Of a DNA stretch of 64,000 nucleotides, positions 12,889-25,351 are shown piece by piece. Numbering within the stretch: the stretch's first letter is position 1; every line of letters starts with the position of its first letter. The notes under the pieces are model-generated. The model saw nothing but the letters and a program-made list of their open reading frames with translations, had not been told where the DNA came from and did no database searches. The DNA comes from Octopus vulgaris (taxonomy: Eukaryota): NCBI GenBank assembly GCA_951406725.2, contig OX597821.1, forward strand, positions 54,312,001 to 54,376,000, written 5' to 3'. Both the position numbers and the translations under genes were made by a program.

Positions 12889-13170
12889 ATGTATATATAT
12901 ATATAGTGTCTATATGCAGCTGTGTACATCATACCTTTAGATTAGATTAAGTACATCATTTCTCTATGTGTTGCAAGAGGCAATCGAAAGGGTTCACAAG
13001 AAGTAGATAACTCAGTCATAAAACACTGTCTCAAAAATCAAAAAAAAAAAACCCACTTTTTTACCAATTTGTTGTTTTGAAGAAGTAGAGGAGGAAGAAA
13101 ATACACCAGAGCTTCTTCTGGGTTCCACTTCTCTTCTATAAACAACTGTTTTTCAAATCATGCCAGTATT

Positions 13171-13403
13171 AAGTCAGCAAACTGGCAGAATTGCTAGAAC
13201 AAGAATCCTGCTAGCTCGCTGGGCAAAATACTAGTAACATTTCATTTGTCCTTATGTTCTGAGTTCAAATTCTGCTGAGGACGACTTTGCCTTTCATTCT
13301 TTCAGGGTCAATGAAATAGGTACTAGTTAAGCAATGGGGTCAATGTAATCAACTTACCCCTTTACCTGAAATTGCCGGCCTTGTGTCAAAATTTGAAACC
13401 AAT
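13171..13403 (+). mobile_element. SINE family B (tRNA head + GCCTTTCATCCTTTCGGGGTCGATAAA-type domain)
   Basis: CTGGCAGAA head, GAGTTCAAAT B box, GCCTTTCATTCTTTCAGGGTCAATGAAAT, end GGCCTTGTGTCAAAATTTGAAACCAAT; homologous to 40213 and 52233. Confidence 0.85.
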
Positions 13404-13478
13404 ATATGCAAATATGTACTGAGATCCAAGAAATACCTTATTCTTAGGTACAATATTTCTTTTGTACTTATCTCTTAC

Positions 13479-13713
13479 ACTCTTTTACTCTTCTACTTGT
13501 GTCAGTCATTTGACTGTGCCCATGCTGGAGCACCGCTTTTACATATATAAGATGGGCTTCTTTCAGTTTCCGTCTACCAAATCCACTCACAAGGCTTTGG
13601 TCGGCCCGAGGCTATAGTAGAAGACACTTGCCCATGGTGCCACGCAGTGGGACTGAACCTGGAACCATGTGGTTCGTAAGCAAGCTACTTACCACACAGC
13701 CACTCCTACGCCT
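13479..13713 (-). mobile_element. SINE family A with large internal deletion
   Basis: Tail and head present; the central part is missing at the junction near 13540. Confidence 0.9.
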
Positions 13714-15879
13714 ATACACTGTGTAACTTACTCTTTGGGTAAGGTTGTTATAAATATGGTAGGATTAGTAGATGGGAGAATGAGATATGTATGAATAATA
13801 CTAAAGCAGTTTTGCTCAATGGTTGGTGAGTCTTTATCAATTTGCTAAAGATTTCATGGTGTGCATGTTAGATCATTTGTGTGTGTGTTATTGTTGATGT
13901 TTAACCCTGGGCAAGCTGTCTTAGCAGCATTGTAGGCCCCAGGCAAATCAATATACTGGGCCCTATAGTATTTATTTATTGACAGCAAGACAAATCATAC
14001 ATAGATCAGAAATGAATCCCTAATTGCCCAGTGTGCCCCTGCCTTTAGATAGCACTGGCCCCAAGTCACCCCAGATTGAGCACATTTAAGATAAAAAGAG
14101 TTCCATCCCAGTATCCAAGAATTGCTTTCAGACATCATGTATTTAGTACTACATTGCCTGAATGTAGTCTCATGTATCATGAATTTAGAGATGGTTGGGT
14201 GTTATTTACAGCATAACAAGTATAAATATTTAGTGTTGGTTTCTCTGCATGCATGTGTGTATGTGTGTGAGAGAGAGAGTGTGAGTGTATGTACATGTGT
14301 GTATGTGTGTGAGTAACTACCCTATACAAAATATGTAGATGGTATCCCTAAAGTAAAAGTGTGAATACGGATCTTTTGGTTTCAAATAATGGTTTCAAAT
14401 TTTGGCACAAGGATGTAATTTGCTAGAAGCAAGTAGAATAATAACTAAATAAAAATAGCAAAAGAAAAACAATAAAGAAGAAAGTGGGAGGGAAGGACTA
14501 TGTAAGATGCGTGAGCCGTATCCTCAATGTTTGTATAGCTACATTGTGTAGCTACATTATACAAATGTCAGTCACATCCTCAATGCTAATCACACCTCAC
14601 CTTTGTAGATGGTCTATAGTTAATCAGACTGTATGTACTTCTGAAAAGAAAAGATTAGTTCCTATACATACTGTTTTGGCAACATCGAAGATATATTATC
14701 ACAATGGAATAGAGTGAGGTCTAGTGTATGATGGTTTAGTAGTAAGCTTTGCACTTATCATTGATTTCTGTAGTGACCGTGTGCTTGTGATATTGAAAAA
14801 GAGTTTATTGTCATGTGTCTATAGACTTACACAGTTTTCTTTGCTAACCACAAACTTTTCATAAAACTGACATGAATATTTAATTTTATGAAGACATCTA
14901 ATGTTCTAATTCTTGTCTAACATGAAGTACTAAAATAGATTTTTTTAAATGTAATTTGAAAGTTTTAATACAGCTGGCTTATAGCTAACTTATTGAATAA
15001 ACAATAAATTCAGTTTGTGGATAGGAAAATTAAGAGTGGAAAACTTTCAAATACAAATTCAAAATTTGCAATAAAACAAGATAGTTATTTAGATGCTTTG
15101 TACTTCAAATAAAATAGATTAAGTGCAATTTAATTTTTTTTTTTTTTTTGTCAATGTTATATACAGCAATAATGCATAGACCTCAGACTTTGTGATTGTT
15201 GCATACAGAAATAAGTTGTATAGCTTAGATGTGGGCCACACAAAGAGCGGACAGTGCTGCTTTTTGCTATTATCATAGCATGAATAATGGTTTCAAATTT
15301 TGGCACAAGGTCAATCAAAGTTTGAATAATGGTTCATCATTGATATTTGCTTTTATTTAGAAAATACTGTGTGGGTCACAAGTAAGATTGTATGGGTTAC
15401 AGACAGTATAAAAACTACTGTAGGCCATAGCAGTAAATCTGTTGGTACATCACTGTTAAACAGCAGAATAACAGCTCAAATATCTAAAGAGACATTAGTA
15501 ACTATTGATGTTTTTCAACTTGAGTTTGCCTCAGTCTAGACAGACTTATTATTGAGGGCATCCCTGTCATGACCCTTCCAATTCTATATAAGAAAACTTA
15601 TCCTTCCATCTAAAAAAAAAAAAACAGTGGTTGGGTGTGATCTGAGAGAGATTTAGTTGTTATTTCCAACAGGCTGAGCAACAACTTAAGAGTTAACACT
15701 ATCTTCTCAGCAGGTCAATGTAAGTTATTTCTGGAAGTGAAATAAATCAGTTATAACACACACACACATATTTATTTGCGTTTGTTGCAAAGTTGTGGAT
15801 AAGGGTTCAAATTCTTGTAACAGCTCTTCCTTCACATGGTAATAATTATTTGTATTGTTGTTATTTTGGTCCAGCTGTT

Positions 15880-16811
15880 AATAAAGGTGGTGGCAAGGGC
15901 GGCAACAGTGGTGCTGGTATGGCTGGTGGGTGAGGGTAGCACTGTTATTGTTGTTGTTGTTGGCAGTACTGCTGGGTGAGTGTGTGGGGGATGTCATTGT
16001 TGCTGAAAGTGGTGATGCTGTTGTTAACGATTGGCGCAGATATTAGTATTTCTAGTGGTGGTGAGGGTGGTGGTGAGGGTGGTGGTAGTGTTGCTGTGGT
16101 TGTATTATTGTTGTCCTTGTTGCAGTTGTAGGTAACCATGTCAATAGATTTCGACTGATTATGTCTGCTGCCCTAATTAATCATTATCTTCCTTCAGTTT
16201 ATTGATCTGTTATTTATATCAATTGATTTCAGTTTGGTAAAGTTTGGCAACAAGTTTACCTGTGGGAAAGAGAAGAGTGAAGGAAATAAGGTAGGAGGTA
16301 AATAATTCTCTTATTGATATAGTAGTAGTAGTAGTATTGTAGTAGTAGTAGAGGTGGTGATAGTGGTGGTAGTGGTAGTAGTAGCAGTAAAGGTGGTGGT
16401 GTGTTGGTGGTGGTGGTAGTGGTGGTGGTGGTGGTGGTGATGTATCAAAGTAGTAATGATGATGGCTGTAGTAGCAGTGGTGTCAATGGTAGTGGTGGCA
16501 GTGATGGTGGTAACAGAAATGGTGGCAATGATAGCAGTAGTGGTGGTGGTGGTGATTTCTTAAATAGGATCAAAGCTTTAAGGCAATTAGAGAATAACAA
16601 CAAACTATAATAGCGCAAATAAAAAACAATAAGGAATAAGAGTGGAAGGTGGAGTAGGCCATTATTGCGGTCACCATGTTAGTAGTGGTAGCGACAATTC
16701 TACGGAGAATGACAATGAGTCTCTGCTGTTACAGGTGGTGGCGGTCGTGGTCGTCATGGTAGTGGTCGTAGTCATGATGCTGGTAGTTGCTGATGATGAT
16801 GTTGTTGTTGG

Positions 16812-16842
<31 letters not shown>

Positions 16843-17072
16843 GGTGAGTGGTAGTGTTGGTGATGGTGGCAGTGGTGATGATAGTGGTGGTGGTGATGGT
16901 GGTGGTGGTGGTGGTTGTGATAACAACAACAAAAATGATGATGATGATGTTAATGATGTTGATGATGATGATGGTATTTGTGATGCTGGTGCTGCTACTG
17001 ATGATGATGATGATGATGCGGAGGAGGAGGTGGGGAAGAGGGAAGGGGGAGGAGGATCATCATCGTCGTCAT
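15880..17072. repeat. Extended (GGT)/(GAT)/(GTT)/(AGT)n trinucleotide domain with unique islands
   Basis: Directly visible; unique islands at ~16140-16320 and ~16555-16730. Confidence 0.9.
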
Positions 17073-17525
17073 GGGATGGTGATTAAACAACCAATCTAAA
17101 TGTACTATTGATTTCATCAATAAAATCTCTGAGTAATTATATCTAATTCTTGTCATCCCATCCCATATAATTCACTGATTCCATGAAATGGAATTTACTG
17201 TAGCAGAAGATGTTACCATTCACTAATTCTGTAATTCTTATTGTTGTAGTTGTTGTCCTTGAGTTTCACATTGTTTACTGTAACTGTTCCATTCCATTTC
17301 AGAATTTCTACAGAGAAGGAAGAGGTGAGGGATGATTAGGTAAAAGCAAAACCGAAATTCTTCATTCCTTTCTTGACATTTTCAAAAATACTCTATTCTA
17401 TTTCTTTGGAAATTAGCCAAGCAAATGACATTCATTTTATCTGCTGTAATGAAGCACAGTTTCACTTGCATGAGGGTATATACATATACCCCAAACAATA
17501 AGAAAATATTTACATACATACATGC

Positions 17526-17574
<49 letters not shown>

Positions 17575-17576
<2 letters not shown>

Positions 17577-17773
17577 AATTAAAACTGAACACGAAAAGTG
17601 GACAGTCAACATGCTAGATATAGACGTAAATGTTTCACCACAAAAGATTATGTTTCAGATCAAACTCAACACAGTTGAGTTTGATCTGAGAACATAATCT
17701 TTTTGTGGTGAAAGGCATTTGACGTCTATATCTAGCATGTTGACTGTACTTTTCGTGTTCAGTCCTTAATTGG
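17575..17773. repeat. Near-perfect ~200-bp palindrome (3-nt loop) flanked by (TA)n
   Basis: Arm 17575-17670 is the reverse complement of 17674-17773 apart from a few indels/mismatches; loop ACA at 17671-17673. Confidence 0.95.
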
Positions 17774-17858
17774 TATATATAAATATTTTAATCTTCGGAT
17801 TCTTTTTTAATATGCTAGACCACTGGTCTTAATTGATAAATATCAATTTCTACCCTTC

Positions 17859-17865
<7 letters not shown>

Positions 17866-17904
<39 letters not shown>

Positions 17905-17926
17905 CATATTATATTTATATACATAA

Positions 17927-17970
<44 letters not shown>

Positions 17971-18107
17971 GAAATATTAAAATTACTAAGTCTCTATATG
18001 GATACAGTTTGTGTATCAAATAGCTAACTTAAGGCGATGGCCTCATGGAGCTAATAAGCGGACAGCTTTATTCTTATTTTTATAAGAATGCCATATTAGT
18101 ATGGCGA

Positions 18108-18143
<36 letters not shown>

Positions 18144-18358
18144 GTATATATATATTTATGTATATAAATATAATATGTATATATATTTATGTATATAAAT
18201 ATAAATATATATATACATATTATATTTATATACATAAATATTTATATACATAAATATATATATACATATTATATTTATATACATAAATATATATACATAT
18301 TATATTTATATACATATTATATATATACATATTATATATATATACATAAATATATATA

Positions 18359-18426
<68 letters not shown>

Positions 18427-18559
18427 TGTTGTATTTTGGGATGGTCATTTCTCCCTTTTTTGCCAAATAAATACATGCCCTATATATTTATTCTTTGTGC
18501 AATAACAATATCTGTTTAAACACATGACTTCGCATCGGGAATCTTACGCCACAAATTAT

Positions 18560-18628
<69 letters not shown>
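17866..18628. repeat. Compound AT microsatellite/minisatellite with short inserted unique segments
   Basis: (TA)n plus higher-order unit ATACATATTATATTTATATACATAAAT in both orientations; inserts at ~17968-18111 and ~18422-18560. Confidence 0.9.
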
Positions 18629-18629
<1 letters not shown>

Positions 18630-18633
<4 letters not shown>

Positions 18634-19230
18634 AAGTACTATTAGTCAACCTTGAATTCAGTGATGAATTTAGCACACAAGGGGTTCACCAGGGATCAGT
18701 TCTCAGAACCCTCTTATCCTTCATAGTTCTCCTGGCCATAACAGTAGAATTTGAGATTAGCTGCCCATTGGAATTATTCTGTGCTGTTGATCTTACTCCT
18801 ATAGCAAAATTTAATGCTGAAGGGGAAAAGAAATTTGAAATAGAGAAGCAAAACCCAGAATCAAATGGCCTTAAAGTTAACTTAACAAAGACCAAAGCTT
18901 TCATTAGCAAGAAACCAAATAAGACCCTCCTTCCATCAGGTAAATGGACCAGGGAATGTAGGAAAGGTGCTGGAATGTATTCCATTTGATGCATCCAGTG
19001 CAAGCTATGGACATACATAAGAGGTGCTGTAGAATCACGTGTAGGTTAATAGAGAAAGTCATTTTTATAAGTGGCAGATACACAGGAGCAATAAACACTA
19101 AATATGCATGGAAATTAGATTTTCTGCAAATGCCTAAGAGGCTCCCAATAAGTTGTAAAATATTTTCTGCTACCTATGTGACTATAATAGCAGTGGAGGA
19201 GGATCTTCTGAAAGTTTCTGATGTAGGGTA
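18630..19230 (+). mobile_element. RTE LINE RT fossil with downstream Cys/His (PHD-like) module
   Basis: GVHQGSVL..LL..IVL.AIT.EF...CP.EL..A.DL (RT motifs), GLKVNLTKTK, then CRKGAG..SI*CIQCKLWTHKRC. Confidence 0.85.
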
Positions 19231-19272
19231 GCTCCCACCCCTACCATCAACAGTAGAAGTATTTCTCTTAGA

Positions 19273-19583
19273 TTTATTTATGTTTTATTTATGCACCCTT
19301 TTCAAGCCTAGCCAGGTTCATGGGCCTGGTTTCTATGGCATATGTGTTCCTCCCAGCTGGACGGGATGCCAGTCCATTGCAGCATTACTCAAGAAACAGG
19401 AAGAAAGACTGAGAGAAAGTTGGGGTGAAAGAGTACAATGGGGGTCACCACCACCCCTGCCGGAGCCTCATGGAGCTTTAGGTGTTTTCATTCAATAAAT
19501 ACACACAACGCCCAGTCTGGGAATCGTAACCACGATCCTCCGACTGCGAGTCCACTGCCCAAACCACTGGGTCATTGCGCCTC
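19273..19583 (-). mobile_element. SINE family C (tRNA-headed)
   Basis: Minus strand begins GAGGCGCAATGACCCAGTGGT..GGTTACGATTCCC (A/B boxes) and ends in (TAAA)n; CTCTTAGA occurs at both ends (19265-72, 19581-88) as a possible TSD. Confidence 0.85.
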
Positions 19584-19589
19584 TTAGAA

Positions 19590-20065
19590 CCTTTCTTTTA
19601 CACCTGAAACAAATGTACTTGCCAGTGCGTTAATTATCAGTGCTATTTTATCTTTGGATAAGCACACTGAGTACCCAATGCAAACTATGGACACATAAGT
19701 GGTGCAGCAGTAAAAGGTGCAGCATGGAAAGGTTAAAAGTGAAAGTAGTTTTTGTGCATGGCAGATGTGCAAATACAATAAACACTATGAATGTACAGAG
19801 AATAAACTTCAAATGTGTAGTGGGATCTTTTGAAGATTTTAAGGGAAAAATTGGGTATTAGAGGCATCAGATGTAGAGCACAAGAAAGAAGACTGTGCTG
19901 GTATGGTCATATGATGTAGATGGATAAGGACAGCTGCATAAAGAAATGCTGATCTCTAATTGTGAAGAGAACCTGTGGAAGGGGTTGACCCAGAAAGATG
20001 GGGAACAAAATAGGGAGAAAGGATCTTCAGATGCTGAATCTCACTGAAGAGATAGAGGTATGACC
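19590..20065 (+). mobile_element. RTE LINE C-terminal fossil (second PHD-like segment + thumb)
   Basis: STQCKLWTHKWCS..FVHGRCANTIN; later RRLCWYGHMM*MDKDSCIKKC..GRG*PRK, typical of an RTE C-terminus. Confidence 0.75.
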
Positions 20066-20621
20066 TTTACAGCCACACCCCACCTCAAATGCACACATAA
20101 TTCTGTCCTTTATAAAACTCCTGCACAACCCATCTTCCTCACATCTTCCACCTCCTCCACTGCAGGCCCCTCCACCCTCCCTCATGTGCTTACCTGCACA
20201 CCCTCCATGTCCTCACATACCTGCAATGCTTCACTCCCAGCAACATTCAATTCTTCTCAACATCACTTGCAATCTCTGTTATCTCTAAACATCTCCCCTC
20301 AGACTCTTGTGGAATATCCTCCTCTACCTGCCTGTACAACATACACACCCCACTGTTCCCTGTAAGCAGGTCCTTTCTAACTCAATCTGACTGATTCTCT
20401 ATTCTCTCTCTAATTCTTTCCCATGTTCCTTTCCTCCCCTATCCTACTGAAGTAGCCGAGTATCTGCTAGACAGTAATAGGGCTATCTCTATCCCTTTAT
20501 CATACACTAATCTCTTCGTTCCACTCCCTCTCTCAATGTATCTCTATGTGCAGGTATATGTACACATCATGGTAAAAGCAATGAACCATACACTTTTGTT
20601 AATCTAGTAACATAAATTGTA

Positions 20622-20673
<52 letters not shown>

Positions 20674-20947
20674 CAATTTTAATATGCACTTTACTTCTTT
20701 CTTCATATGCTCTTAACAGAAGTTTTAAGAGAAAAACATGTTATATTCTTAAAACATGTTGCAGAAAGTTTTATTTAGAAAAATGAAGCACTGAAAATTT
20801 CCAGATATTCATTTTTACATTCTTAAATCACAGGTTGCTTTGTATTATTATTCAGATAAAAAGTTTGCAAACAAATATTTAAAAAGCCAAGATGTGTAAT
20901 TTAAGGTTTCTTTTAATTGAAAGAGTTCAAGATATTTCTTTTCATGT

Positions 20948-21156
20948 TTAAGCCTTTAGAATTTGGATTATTCTGTCAAATGTGATACTTATTTATCCAC
21001 AATGTTTAAAGATAATCATGTATAATCTCATAGCTTTAAGATTTCGAAGATGTGATTGCTTATTTTTGAATGAAATTGTAGGGTAGGTGTGAGATATCAG
21101 ATTTGGTTGGCTTGAATGTTTTTAGACCAGTGGTCAGTTAAGCATTAAAGAGTCAA
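20948..21156. mobile_element. piggyBac-type MITE (degenerate)
   Basis: Ends TTAAGCCTTTAG ... TTAAAGAGTCAA approximate TTAA|CCCTTTAG ... CTAAAGGG|TTAA. Confidence 0.5.
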
Positions 21157-21479
21157 AGCAAAAGCTCTGCATAAATTGCTCTAATTACATGAATAGCTAC
21201 ATTAGCTAAGATTTGTTTCAAGTGAGTTGCTTTCAAGGGAAATGAAATTCCATGCTGATGTGACTGATGTGGATATTCAAAATCAAATTCTATTTTTCAT
21301 GAAGTTATCACAAAATATTCTCTAACACAAAAGCTACCAAAAGAATTAACTCTTTATTTTTCTACTTATAATGATAAGTTTACACATCCAGAAGATTGGA
21401 ACACAAAAAAGAAAGGATCTGGTAGGCCCAGAACTACTATTATAACAACAGATGAGTGATGGCTCAAATTCAGGAAAGA

Positions 21480-21983
21480 AACAAAATCCTGTATCAAGTT
21501 TCAAGAGAGTTTGGAACAAGGCCATAAACTGAGAAAGAAGTTCAAATTTAGCAAGGAGTTTGTTCTTTTTTACGGGGTTGAAACATGGATGCTCACTAAA
21601 GCATTGAAGAAGCAGTTGGATGGTTGTTATATGAGGATGCTTACAATGGCACTCGATGTCTCCTGTAAGAATCATACAACAAACACTGACCTATACCAGG
21701 GACTAACAAAAGTAACATTGAAGATACAGCATAGAAAGATGAGGTTAGTTGGTCACAACATCAGACATATCAATGGAATTGTTAATAAGCTAGTGCTCTG
21801 GCAACCAATGGAAGGAAGAACCAGGAAAGGAAAGAGGAAGACGACCTATATCAACAATTTGCTGGAGGATACTGGTATGGAAAGGGTACAGGAGCTGAGG
21901 ACCATTATGGAAGATCAAGATGAAAGGGGGAAAATGTGTGGAAACAGTCTTGGGGTATCCTGAGGGATGACCTAGATAGATAG
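21480..21983 (+). mobile_element. 5'-truncated RTE LINE (different subfamily), C-terminal ORF2 + (TAGA)n tail
   Basis: ORF 21511-21963: LFYGVETWMLTK..LDGCYMRML..RKMRLVGH..LVLWQP..RKGKRKTTYI..LLEDTG. Confidence 0.85.
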
Positions 21984-22612
21984 AAATCCCTGATAACCAA
22001 GAAGAACATCAAAATAGTTTGCATGTTTTGGCGAGAGATGGTGATTTATTATCAAACAGGTTTTAGAAACTCATTTAAAGAGATGAATCAAAATTTAATC
22101 TTTGAAGATATACTCCATGATGTTGCCTTCATCGTTCAATTGAAGTTCGATTGAAGAGAGTCAATGTTTATTACTGGATGTTAGCCTGAAATTAGTCGAG
22201 AAGAAGAACGAGAACAAGAATGAGTATAGCAGTTTGATGTCAGTATTTCAGCAACAGCAATAAGTTGGAAGATACCCCATAGTGAACAGGAAATCCTCTA
22301 CATGGTGAACAGGAAATGGACTGTGTGGTGGACAAGAAATCAGTCATGTGGTTGAGGGAAGTAGGAAGGGGAGGTAGATGTAAGAGTATATATGTATATA
22401 TGTACATATATATGCCCATATATCTGCATGTATGTATCTGTACTTATACAAGTGTGTATGTGCGCTTAGATGTACATTTACACATCTGCATGCATGTGTG
22501 CACACATGTACACATACACACGCACACACACGTATACACATACAAGCATAAAGCATCTCAATTTGATTTGGAGAAGAATTTTGCACTTTACTCTTATTAT
22601 CACTCCCATTGC

Positions 22613-22660
<48 letters not shown>

Positions 22661-23496
22661 AATTATTTCTGTGGGTAAGTACATTAATATCACTATTTTC
22701 TTGTTACTATTGTTGCTTTTGCTGTTAATGTTAGAATTATTGATGTAAGTTAGGTAATTATTCTCAATTCACAAGAGATTCCTACTTTGTTCCCCTCTTT
22801 ATCCAAATAAGGAAGATGGTTACCATTGTAAAAGGAAACATCTTCACCAATAATATATTGAAATAAATTTCTTATTTCACAGCAGGAATAATAAAGCCAA
22901 TAACATGATTTATTTTCAGTTGTGAGGAAAATATAAAATAGTTCAGTTTTCCCCTTCTTTTTCATATAATAACAATAAAATAAACGCAAATCAGGAATAA
23001 GTCAAACAAGAAATGCTTCAAGATATGTCTTTCACTCATAAAAACACAATCATTGTAACAATAAGTATATTCTAAACAGAAAAATAATCAATTCTAAGCT
23101 AGAGAACTTCATATTTCATTAAGCCTAATAAATGACCAATATTTATTTTATTACCCAGAAGGGATGGTAAGTAATGTTATGTCTGGTGGGATTTGAAACT
23201 GTATTCAGAGAAACTACAACTAGATATTGGTAAATATTCTGCCCAGAGCACTAACAATTCAGCCACCCACCTAATAAATAAGTTGGGTGATTTCTCATGT
23301 AACATCTGAGGAATTAGCTTTATAACCTTGTCTTTCATTCCAGGCTTAACCCTTTTATTATCTATTTGTGTCAATATATACTGCTTTTGTTTCCATGAAT
23401 TTTTAAAATAGCAACTTAATTTTGTTAATATTAAACTAGAATTGAGAAAATAAATTGACATGAAATTTTATCAACAATTTTTTATTCAAATCATTT

Positions 23497-23672
23497 CAAC
23501 ACTTTCGTTACTGTATTTTGAGATACTCTATAACCCTTTCATTACTTATTTTGAGATGCTCTGTGTTTCCTTCAATTACTTCAAATATAACAAAGAATTT
23601 TGTAAAATAACTTAGTTATCATTAAGCTAGTGTTAGGAACATAAATTGTGACTAAGGTTTGGTGGAAGACTT
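23497..23672 (+). mobile_element. piggyBac-type MITE fragment
   Basis: TAACCCTTTC end motif (present twice); body is the reverse complement of 60580-60695. Confidence 0.6.
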
Positions 23673-23674
23673 AT

Positions 23675-24615
23675 GGAAGGTATGGTGACTTTACTCTTGA
23701 AAATCAGCCTCGGGGTAGACCTGAGACCAAGGTGGATAATGATGAGCTGGAAACTGTAGTGGAAGTGGATACATCTCAAACTATGTGTGAGTTAGCAGCA
23801 AGGTTTGATGTTTCAATTCCAACTGTATTGGACCATCTGAAACAAATCGGCAAGGTAAAGAAGCTGAACAAGTGGAGTAGGTACTACACAAACTGAACAA
23901 GCATCAAATGACAGGTCGTCTTTAAACTTGCTGTTTGTTACTGTCATGGCATAAAAGCAAACCATTTTTGTATTGTATTGTTACATGTGATGAAAAATGG
24001 ATTCTTTTCACCAATAGCAAGTATGGTGATGGGATAGAAACGAAGTGCCAAAACACAATCCAGAAAGAATATTCACCAAAAAAAGCTAATGGTGTCTGTT
24101 TGGTGATTCATCACTGGTGTCATTCATTACAGTTTCATGAGACCTGGTAAGTCAATTACAGTGGATGTATGCATTAACCAACTGGATGAAAAGATGAGAG
24201 AACTTGCAATTAAACAACCGAGATTGGTCAATACAGACAGGCCAGTCCTCTTACACGACAATGCTCAATCACATGTTGCACAAAGAACGCTACTCAAGTT
24301 ACAGCAACTGAACTTGGAAGTACTCTGTCATCCACCATATTCACCAGACCTTGCACCAACTGATTATCATGTTTTTGAAGCATTAGACAACTTTTTGCAA
24401 GGAAAAACTTCAAATCTGAAGAAGATGCAAAAACAGTCTTTCGTGATTTCATCACCTCTTGCTCTCATGTACTCTTTGCTGCCAGTATAAACAAGCAACC
24501 GATAAAATGGCAAAATTGTGCTGATAATTTAGGTGCATACTTTGATTAACCACATTGCTTTTTGTTGAGATAAAGTAAAATAAACTTTCAGTTCAAAATC
24601 GGACATTTCATTTTG
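23675..24615 (+). mobile_element. mariner (DD34D) transposase pseudogene
   Basis: LENQPRGRP HTH linker, IVTCDEKW, LLHDNAQSH and HPPYSPDLAPTDYHVF motifs across three frameshifted ORFs. Confidence 0.92.
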
Positions 24616-24799
24616 GAGCTCATTGGGGGTCTGTCTAGAGTTGTGAGCCCTGATATTGTCTTTCAATATTAATAAGGTTAGTGTAATATATTGGCAAAAT
24701 TGTGACCATGCTGGGGTACTGCCATGATTAATTCAAAACAATGTGAATAATTTGTATTATAGCTGACAGAGTAATCCAGATATCCACTATCTTTATAGT

Positions 24800-24965
24800 C
24801 ATTTCTAAAGTAGGCACAAAGCTGACTTCAGAAGTGGGGTATTGTCAACTAAATGATATCCCAAGGATAAATGGCAAAGTTGACTTTATTGGGATTTAAA
24901 CTCCAGAATGTTAAGGAATGTAATGAAATGTAGCAAAGTAGCATTTTGTTCATTATTCTACCATT
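24800..24965 (-). mobile_element. Degenerate SINE family B
   Basis: GGATAAATGGCAAAGTTGAC..GGGATTTAAACTC matches the reverse complement of family B. Confidence 0.5.
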
Positions 24966-24969
24966 TATG

Positions 24970-25351
24970 TTTTATCTCTTACTTGCTTCAATCGTTAGGC
25001 TGTGGCCATGCTGGGGCACCACCTTAAAGAATTTTACTGAAATGAATTGACACCAGTACTTATTTTTTTAAGCCTGGTATTTATTGTATCAGTCTCTTTT
25101 ACCAAGCCGCTAAGTTACAGGGATGTCAACACACCAAAGCCAGTTGGCAAGCCATGGTGTGGGACAAACACAGACACAAACACACACACACATACACACA
25201 CACACACACACACATGATGGGCTTCTTTCACTTTCTGTCTACCATATTCACTCAGAAGGCTTTGGTCAGCCTGAGGCTATTGTGGAAGACACTTACCCAA
25301 GGTGCTATGCAGTGGGACAAAGTGGTTGGAAAGTAAACTTCTTACCACACC
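24970..25351 (-). mobile_element. SINE family A, diverged
   Basis: Colinear with the reverse complement of family A. Confidence 0.88.

Noticed and set aside
23648-24490. Domesticated SETMAR-like gene
   Set aside because: Frameshifts and stops, a truncated N-terminus and no SET domain: a dead mariner.
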